From the NCBI GenBank assembly GCA_051362555.1, contig CM120646.1, forward strand, positions 17,112,001 through 17,176,000: a DNA stretch of 64,000 nt, read 5' to 3'. The DNA is from Lingula anatina. Lineage: Eukaryota; Animalia; Brachiopoda. Below are positions 55,240 through 64,000 of the stretch, one piece after another (the first letter of the stretch is position 1; every line of letters begins with the position of its first letter). Under the pieces are notes generated by a model, which worked only from the letters and a program-made list of their open reading frames with translations, was not told the origin of the DNA and ran no database searches. Position numbers and translations under genes: made by a program.

Positions 55240-55600
55240 GTGGCATCACAACAATACTGAAAGCTTCACAAGTTTTTGTGACATCATCAATTTGTCAAAC
55301 GTTATTGCATCACAGCTCTGTGACATCACCGCTGAAGCATTAAGTTACATCACAAAGTTGTGAGAGTCACGTGGCATCACAGCAAAAAGCAAGTGAGATT
55401 ACTTAAACACTGCCAATATCCCAAGAGACATCATAGAGCCATTTCTGATGTCATAATATCAGTAAAGTAACTTGTGACATCACATATAAGGCCTGTTAAA
55501 TAACAATTTGCAAGGTGCCAACTTATTTGATGTCTAAACCCTGACAAATTATTCATAGACTGCTTCTTTCATGTAGTCAGTGAAATTGTGATGTCACAAA
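55240..55600. repeat. Degenerate repeat rich in (G)TGACATCA(C)-like motifs
   Basis: About ten tgacatca/ggcatcac/tgatgtca variants in 350 bp; probably a transposon remnant. Confidence 0.5.
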
Positions 55601-55737
55601 GTTCAAACTGCTTTATGTGAAATAATTAAATCAGTTTAAGCATAGTTACAATCATCAAAGTCAAATGTCTGACAAATGACTGACAAGCAATCACCCATGT
55701 GTTAAACAAACAAAGAATTAAGAGAATTAAGAATTAC

Positions 55738-55926
55738 TTTTTTCTCATCACTAAGTGGTGTCACGTCGTCATTCTTTTCCTCTGGCATGTCCCTCCATCC
55801 ACTGGCACGCATTCGATCAATCTGCACAAACATGGAGTCCAAATCCTCGATCTGAAGTAAAACCATATCCCAGAACCCAGCGAGGTCTCCTCCTCGTGTC
55901 TCAAATGGATCATCTGGATCAGGGCT
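55738..55926 (-). CDS. DLGAP: DLGAP GKAP-homology domain exon
   Basis: SPDPDDPFETRGGDLAGFWDMVLLQIEDLDSMFVQIDRMRASGW...; diagnostic DLAGFWD; 189 bp, phase 0-0. Confidence 0.92.
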
Positions 55927-56008
55927 CTAAAATATCATGGTTTTAAGCACATTTAAGATGTTTTTGATTGAGCATTATATCTTAGCTATAGTACAGTTGT
56001 ACCATTAA

Positions 56009-56346
56009 AGGGATAATAACTCTTCGTTTTGGCCAAAAAATGAATTTTCCTGGAGTAAACAACAATTTTCCCATGCTTACCAATGGTTAATGAATCCATT
56101 TTTACATTCAAAGTTAGTCCCTGGTCTTTTTCTAAAAAAGTTTGGTTTTTTGTTAAAATCTCTTAAGAGATTTTAACAGAGTATAGCCATCAATGGAGGT
56201 CACGTGATCTGAAGACAAGCTCAGATATCAGAATACTAGCTATAACTGCTGTTTTCGTCATAAAACAGAATACATTATATTTCTGTGAGTTATTCACAAT
56301 GTTTTTATTGTGAAATATAGATTTCATACGAAGAGTTATTATCCCT
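56009..56346. mobile_element. Kolobok-like MITE with TTAA TSD
   Basis: ttaa|agggataataactcttcgt ... acgaagagttattatccct|ttaa. Confidence 0.8.
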
Positions 56347-56691
56347 TTAAGCAAATGAGAGGTTTTACAAAAAAGGGAACTTAATTCTCTTTTACCACTT
56401 TGCTTCCCATGCCCTGGTTCCAGTTGTCTAAATGGGCAAAAATCTTTTATTCATTCATTTTTCTCTAGACCATTAGTCTTGTTAAACTCTGGCACCCAGG
56501 GGCGAAATCCGTGGTCTGTCAATCAAATGGTCAATGCTCACAGTAAATGTATATCCAAAATATTGTTGGCAGAAAATTCAATGAACCACTCTACATCAAC
56601 CACAATCTTGGAGTGGAACACTGTCACAGTGACTATATACAGGACAAGGAAATGCAAAAAATTCTTCATATCAATTACAACAAATACTCAC

Positions 56692-56783
56692 CAAATTTTT
56701 CTCACACAGCTCCCCAAACTGTTTAAACTTTAAGTGGAGCATGAGGTGTGCTTTCCCAGTGGCTGCTCTCAGGATTCCAGCCA
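56692..56783 (-). CDS. DLGAP: DLGAP GKAP-homology domain exon
   Basis: AGILRAATGKAHLMLHLKFKQFGELCEKNL (cf. G.IR.A.G.A.LL...KF.QF..LC..NL); ttgcag / gtgagt. Confidence 0.92.
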
Positions 56784-57153
56784 CTGCAAGAGGAGAAAAT
56801 AATTTTCATTCCAGTATCTAAAAAACCTGACAATGGGTTGTATTTTATACATATCTTATAAAAATTTTCATTCCAATATTAAAAATACCTGGCACTGGGT
56901 TTTATGTAACACATATCTTATAAATATGTACATCTCTCTGAATCATGGCAAGTTGGTGTGACATATTAATAAGATAGTAGTCGGTTTTCTGGGAGAGTCG
57001 TGATCAGACCCCCCCCCCCCAACCCCCCGAGGGTCAACCAATGCCACTTTTCACTATATCAACCCCCATAGCAGGCAAAACAAGAGATGATTACAAGGTT
57101 ATAAAATTAGCTGAGTTTACTCATGAATGAGTGGAGAGCATCAGTGCACGCAC

Positions 57154-57259
57154 CATCATCAGAGAGGTCCTCCTGCTGCAGGTCAGCCTCCGCCAGGTCA
57201 CACAAGTGCTGCAGACGACGCTCCTCTTCATGCATCACGTTCAGGAAATAGTGGCCATC
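57154..57259 (-). CDS. DLGAP: DLGAP GKAP-homology domain first exon
   Basis: DGHYFLNVMHEEERRLQHLCDLAEADLQQEDLSDD (cf. DGHWFLKLL..E..R....C); ctccag / gtgcgt. Confidence 0.92.
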
Positions 57260-57445
57260 CTGGAGAGAGAGTCAAAATGTTTTTTTTTTTTTTTTATAAT
57301 TCTACTCTTTTTAAAAGTTAGTTTAACAGATTTTGCCTTGTTATTCTTCTTTGCTGACATAAAACCTGACCAAATGCTTATGAATCTGTATAATGTTTAG
57401 GAGCTCAGGGTGTCTAATCAACTACCTTTCTTTGAAAACTATTAC

Positions 57446-58593
57446 CTTCTTAGGCGTGGACTCCTGTATGGTCCCTGCTACAATATCTCTAAGCTTCAAA
57501 GCCTCATCTGTCTCATCATTACATTCTGTGCCGTTCCTCCTCTCAGTGGCATCTTCCACCAACTCATCACTTTCACTTTCCTCGGCATCTTTGGCAAAAT
57601 TGTCTTCTCCCTTTTCACCTACATTGTCTATCACCTCCTGTCCATTTTCATCTTCATCTTGTTCCCTTGTTATCAGAGCTTCAGAGTTGGGTGTACTTTC
57701 TCCTTGTTCCGCACACGAATTTAAGTGATTCTCACTGATCATTTGGTCTTGGTTAAGGTCACTATTGTCCAAGGAATCACTTGTTTTAGGCACATCACAG
57801 TTGGCAGCTACATCTTCAACATCACCTTCATGGGTAAAGTCTACACTGAGTTCCTGTTCATGTTCCTGAGACGATGGATGCACTTCATCATTTTGTTGTT
57901 GTTGTTGTAATTGCTGCTGTTTTTGTTGCTGTCGTAAATCAGCATAAACGTTCCTTATTTGTTCATTGACAATGTCAGCTGCCAGCATGTCTGTTAAATC
58001 ACTATATGCCGACGTGGCAGAGACCTGGGAGTCTGATTGATGTACTTCTCGTCCCACGCTAACATCACTACCGTTCTCCTGGGAAACTGACTCCTCTGAA
58101 ATTACTGCAGAGATATCATCGTGTTTATTATCATCTGTTATCTCAGTCCTTGTGTCTGCAATTCCAACTGAGTATCCATTTTGCTGAAGATGCCTACTTT
58201 CACTTTCACTTTCCACCTGACCTTGACCTGAGGTCTCAACATGACCTCCACTGACTTCCTCCTGACCTTCACATTGTTCCCTTTCAGGTTTAGAGTCTGT
58301 ATCAATGTCAACTGCTTTCAAGTCCGAGCCGTAGCTGCTGTGACCATTATAACCCGCAGATGACACACTGAGTCTCAAATAAGACTTTTGTGAGTGTGAC
58401 TGGTTTGATGACATATCTGCATCAGATGTGGGAATACTGGTCTGTAACACTGAGGAATAGCCATCGGAATGGTGGCTTGTATTGGAATCAGAGCCCTCTG
58501 GTGGTCTGTGGTTTTCACCTGTGGCATCTCCATCTTCTGCATCCTCTCCTATATGTTTGATGTGCTTTCTCCTGGCAGGTATCGGCCTGTCTC
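57446..58593 (-). CDS. DLGAP: DLGAP large acidic low-complexity exon (1148 bp)
   Basis: Long ORF bounded by ttatag acceptor (phase 1) and AAG/gtaata donor in frame with the GKAP exons. Confidence 0.85.
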
Positions 58594-58729
58594 CTATAAC
58601 GTACAAAAAAATTCAACAATAATATGAAAAGTTTTGTCAAAATCTCTTATTTACAGATATGCAGACATCTAATATGAAACTGAAAAAGCACATCATTTGA
58701 AACAAAAAAACTTCTCCCTCCTACTCTCT

Positions 58730-58795
58730 GCATCCATCCGTCCATCCATTCATCTATCCATCCATCTATCCATTCATCTATATCCATCCACCCAT
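58730..58795. repeat. (TCCA)n-like microsatellite
   Basis: Direct reading. Confidence 0.8.
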
Positions 58796-60337
58796 CAATG
58801 CACCCAAACTTGAGAAGAAAGTTATAAGGACAAGCATGCAAGCAGTCGTATTCCATCATATCCAGCAACATGACTCACACTGTAATCTACAGCTAATAGG
58901 AGCTGGAAGGCCCTCTTGGGGCTACAGCAAGCTCACAATTTACATCAATGGATCGGTAAATGATGGAAGATGACCGCCATCGCTTGTCAAATTATTGTTG
59001 GGGACATGACCCCGGGTCAATCTGGACATTTTTTTTCTTTCTTTTTTTGAATTGCGCTTAATTTCACATTCAAAAATTTTTCAATTATTTTTCTTTAGTC
59101 AGTCTAGAATTTTAGGATAATTTTAAGGAAAATAATCACATACTACTGTGGTCATAGATGACACTAATAACTAATCACTGCAAATCAAACAATGGCCAAA
59201 ACATGTAGGGAAATGGGATTCTGCACAGTTAACACTCACCCTCTGCCCAGTTCTGTGTAAGCCAAAGTAATATAATGGCCCATCTCTTCTCCTCTCCAAA
59301 CTGGTAAATGACCAGCTTGAGGAAGAAAATGAGACAATTTGCATGGTTTAAACTTGCATGATGCCCAAGTCTGTATACGCCTAAGTAATATAATGGCCCA
59401 TTTCCTTTGCATAGTGGTCATTGGAAAGCATGAGGTCATTTTTTAGCAGAGACACCGTTGTTAATATGGGATTTTTCTTATTTGGAGTCTATGCACCACA
59501 AGCAATAAGGGCTTGCTATCAGTCATAGATATGTAGACACTAAATATGTGTGGGTGTGGCAGTGGCAATGATTCATGTTGTTCCATAGATCATTAGCTAA
59601 TTGGGGCATTATAGATTCAAGAAATATGTAGTTTGTCTGAAGTTGAAGTCCTATCCAAAAACACTAGTATTTTATAGATTTCTGCTTAAAATATTACTAC
59701 TCTGCCATCCACGTTTAGGATAACAAAAAACTCTTTAAACAAATAGGTGTACTTGGTGGTTAAAAGGACATTGTGGTAAAAATGGTGGTTATTTCTAAGA
59801 AATCATTTCTGCAAGTGATAATGGAAGTTTTTACAACATCAGTAGATTGTTATGAGGACAATTTCCTGTCAATGATACCTTTGATGTGTGTGGAAGGTGT
59901 CTGATAACTTAATAGTTCTCGGAACCGTTAAGCTATATGTTGTGTATGAGTGTGTAATGCATGTACTACAAAGTCTGTATATTAAGGGGAACAAAATCTA
60001 AATTTCTGTCTATCCTGCAGTCATGAATGTATTTTTTTTACTTCAGGAAACAACTTTTGACCCCCCCCCCCCCCCCCCATGTAATCACTCTATAATATTC
60101 CTGTTCATAGCTCAGGGGTTAATGAAGAAACAAATTGGTAAGAAAAGCTCCAATCACATGTTGTTTACTTACAGAAACTAAAGCTAAAAAATTTAAGCTA
60201 GAATTTCCTCAACGTTGTGTGTAGCACGTATATTTGCGTGATCTAGAGTTACACCTTGCCTGAGTATGTATAAACAGTATGAGTCATCTTTCACCTGATG
60301 TGGATGTTTTTATACTGTTACAGTATTATTTCAATCG

Positions 60338-60341
<4 letters not shown>

Positions 60342-60380
<39 letters not shown>

Positions 60381-60385
60381 GTGCG
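60342..60385. repeat. (TG)n microsatellite
   Basis: Direct reading. Confidence 0.9.
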
Positions 60386-61008
60386 CACGCACGCAAACGC
60401 ATGGGTGCTTGTCTGTGTTTGCCAAGACCACGTCTACTTGGCACAGTTTGTTGGTGGGTCCTCCTTCATATGTAGAGGGAGAAGAGAGGTTAAGTAGTCA
60501 GTAAATGCATGAATTTTGTATACTTCCTATATAACTGGCATGAACGTATCTGTATGTCCTTTCATCCCTGTATTTCCTAAATCTTATACACTACCACTTT
60601 TTATTCCCAAAAGAAGAATGTGCCATCTTTCATATAAAACATCCATGTTTCAGTAGTGCCTAGTACAGTGTTTGTATTCATACTGATACTCTAATGTATG
60701 CTGACACATTTAATTCTTCTGCATACCACACTTTTATCTTTTACCATTATGTGGCACAGCAAGGTATATCAATGTGGAACAGGTTTTATGGGATTATATT
60801 CACTTTCACTGCATGTTTTATCATAATTCATGTGCATAAGTGAGCCTTTAACAAACATCCGTCATTGCCGCAGCAACAATTTTTCAAAACCACCATAATA
60901 CGTGTGTATAAAAGTGTAGATAAAATAACTAATAGGTAATGCATGCTACATACATACTTATACAGGTACATCATGATGTACACGTACACACACAAGCACC
61001 TGCACAAG

Positions 61009-61009
<1 letters not shown>

Positions 61010-61049
<40 letters not shown>
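61010..61049. repeat. (CA)n microsatellite
   Basis: Direct reading. Confidence 0.9.
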
Positions 61050-61051
<2 letters not shown>

Positions 61052-64000
61052 CCCAACAGGTAACAGTATAATAATGGTACATGAAGATACGTGCCATAGA
61101 GACAAGGTGCAAAGATGTGGAGGAGGTTCCCCATGTCTGGTCCTGTGTTCCAAGAAATATTCCCAGGAATATGTCAGTTTTTTTGTTTTTTTTTTAAACT
61201 TATTTCAGTGTGTAATGCTCCCTGTTATTCCTCCAAGAAAATCAATGTCAGGTATCCCGTTTATAGGCTATATCCAAGTGTATTACTGTCATAAGTGCTA
61301 TGTATCCTTTATACAAGTACGTCCTGATGTAGTAAAGATAACTGTCCAGCATTTTGTCCATGACTTCAGGTTATTGATATACATCCTGTTGAATAAAAGA
61401 ATAAATCCAATGGAAAGGTGGTGGATTTGAGATAAAAATAAAGGGAAAAAAAAGAAAATATGTCTCAAAATCAATTTCAAAAGGACACTGATTTCAATTC
61501 TACATGTGATAAAAATGAGGAAACTAGAAAGGTTGCACTGCATCCTCCCATTCCGAGAAGTATCTTTATACCAGATATTACTTGCAAAAACAATTATCTA
61601 TTTTGCTTCTTCTAAAACGTTCAATAAAAATATTTTCAACCAGCAGTCAAAGGTCATAATGCTTCCTGTACAGTACGGTTTTTATTGTGACCAGAAGTCA
61701 TTCGTCTACACCCAAATATAAAAGATCTGGACCAAAGCCCCTCTCAGACGACTACTAAGCTCTTAGTTTCCTAGTAATAATTCTTCCCTCAGTGAATTAT
61801 ATACCAGTCTCCCAGGTCAATACCCTAGACCCAAGAATTCCCTGGAAAATGAACGTTCATCAGGTTTCTTAGAAAATAATTGCACTTCAGTATCCGAAGT
61901 AGCACATCTATGCTATTACTAGTTACTGCAGCGGTTACAAGATCAATGCTTATATCCTAATATCCCTTGTGGAGATAGAAAATATAGCATTCACCCCAAC
62001 ATGTAAAAATCACACCATATTTCAAGCATCTCAGTTCCTACAAACTAAAACATCTATATAACATCTATGCTTTTATGTAGCCTCAGGGATGAATGAGAGA
62101 TATTTCACCAAATCCTTGCATCTATTTTCCTTAGCTAAAGAGGCCAACAATTATTAAGTTGCCTAGATGTACTCGTATGGTGGTGAAAAATAAAATATGA
62201 ATTTCAAAAATAAAAAACCAAAAGAAAAAATCAGCACAATTACTCATACCAGGCTCTAACATTAAACGACTAATGCAGCCAGCATATCGCTGCGATCTCC
62301 GTGATCCCTAATATTCCTCCTAGATATCAAAGCACATGTGGAACATATACACAGAAGCCATAGTTTACATTCCTGCCTGGATAACCAAATATAACTGTTC
62401 TCATCCTTGCTCTATTAATCTCAATAGCCCATCATGCTAGGGGCATGTGCTACAAATAAACATACAATTCCTGTCATTCTTTTGTAAACCTACCCCTCAC
62501 ATAAAAGAGAAACATGTAACAATATGCTATACATCACCCTGTTTTTTATATGTTTCAATTGTCTAAAAAAAAAACTTCCGCTTTAGCTTATCACTAATTC
62601 TAGTTATCTTATCCTGTATCTTGTAAATCTCCACACAGTCATATACATAGATCACGTATATGGTATCAATCTCTTCCCATATATATATATATATACCAGC
62701 CTGTCTGCTTACTACTACAAAGACCCCTCCATTCCAAGAAGACTGTTACTCTGAATCAATGGTTTATATGTACCACACTGTATAGAAGTCTTGCACAACT
62801 ACAACTGCCAGCACCGGTTTGTATCTGCACTGCCCTTTTACGTCTATCTCTCAGCTGGTGAAAATACAGACAGTTTGTGCTATGTTCTACCCGGCAATCA
62901 GTAATGAAAACACACACTTAGTGTTGTGTCTTATAGCAGGGAAGTGATCCAAGTGCTCCACCTGCATTCAACAACCTCTGATTTTTTCTTCCTGCTGATC
63001 TCTGCTCTCATGGCATTAGTAACAACAAGCACTGCTTTTGATCCTCCCATCAATGGACCAACACCATTTGCAACAGTCGTAATTATTGGTTGTTTTTGCC
63101 TTATGTGAGGACATAAGAAATGTAACCATTGGCTGATATCTCCCATGAGGTTTTTTTGCAGCATTTCTGCTTGCTGCTAGATAGGAACAGATGAAAGCAG
63201 ACAGTAATCATGTTCAAAAAGTCAACTATCTTAAGCACTGCTGACTAACACACATTGGGTTTTCGTCTATTTGAACCTCAGCAAGTACACCTTCCAGGTG
63301 CGGTACTTGTTCAAGCCAATGATTATAATCTCCTTCTTTCCCAATCAATCATGTATGAATGCTACAGTTTTACAACCTCATCAACATGATGTCTAACATA
63401 TTGTTTTTACCTGTTCAGCAATGGAGTCTCGATGCAAAATTTACTGATAAAATGACCTCAAAAACATGCCATACCTAGACGGAAGTGACCCAAAAAATCT
63501 GCCTTGATATGGTCCAGCTAAGTTCTAATAGAAGTGCCAAAACATACAGACATGCAGGTAAATCCAGGTAAAACGGCTGCTGACCTATACACAGACACTC
63601 CAGGCTGCCATATTTTCCAGCTGGTGATGGCCATCATATGCATCATTACTTTTAATACCACTCGTTACGTCTTGTAATCAAATTACTGGCACTTCAAGCT
63701 GAATGTGGCTTTGAAATTTAAACACATGCATATATATACCTTAAATCAGGTGCAGGCAAAACATAACCATGTGCTAAACATTTCACACTGGTAGGGAAAT
63801 AGACGCCACTGACCAAACTGCCATATCCATAACACCGTGAGCCATTTGATGGTCATTTGGCTGGCTGACCAGACTACCTGACCAACTTGAAGTCTAAATC
63901 ACTGAGTACTTGATTGATGTAGCTCTTCTGTCTAAATATACAATACTGTCTTTCAAACTATCTATCCAACTTTCTGTTTGTTTGCCTGCCTGTCTGAATG

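Noticed and set aside
60828-61430. ORFs with HT/VC repeats and an MGNLLHIFAPCLYG myristoylation-like start
   Set aside because: Driven by (CA)n microsatellites; no good in-phase donor for the MGN start
62931-63164. 77-aa minus-strand ORF as a DLGAP exon
   Set aside because: No recognisable homology and no convincing compatible donor

Overview
Eukaryotic, AT-rich, intron-rich genomic DNA, most likely from an invertebrate bilaterian (a non-vertebrate deuterostome is plausible; this is inference). Four spliced genes can be rebuilt by hand from GT-AG exons. (1) The 5' part of a glutamate decarboxylase (GAD) gene on - runs off the left edge. (2) A complete LASP-family gene (LIM, nebulin repeats, SH3) lies on - (CDS 40167 to 12994). 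(3) A complete 140-aa RPL23 lies on + (46337-49639), head-to-head with LASP across a promoter of under 300 bp. (4) The 3' part of a DLGAP/SAPAP (GKAP-homology) gene lies on - (58593 to 53104). Introns hold many non-autonomous DNA transposons: two Helentron/DINE-like elements carrying tandem arrays, Kolobok-like TTAA elements, Harbinger-like MITEs, and a near-perfect 935-bp foldback in RPL23 intron 1. Highlights are the RPL23-LASP divergent pair also seen in human, a 146-bp higher-order array of DR1 nuclear-receptor motifs, candidate SH3-less or mutually exclusive LASP isoforms, and candidate intronic H/ACA RNAs. I found no convincing wholly new system. Most listed short ORFs are spurious.
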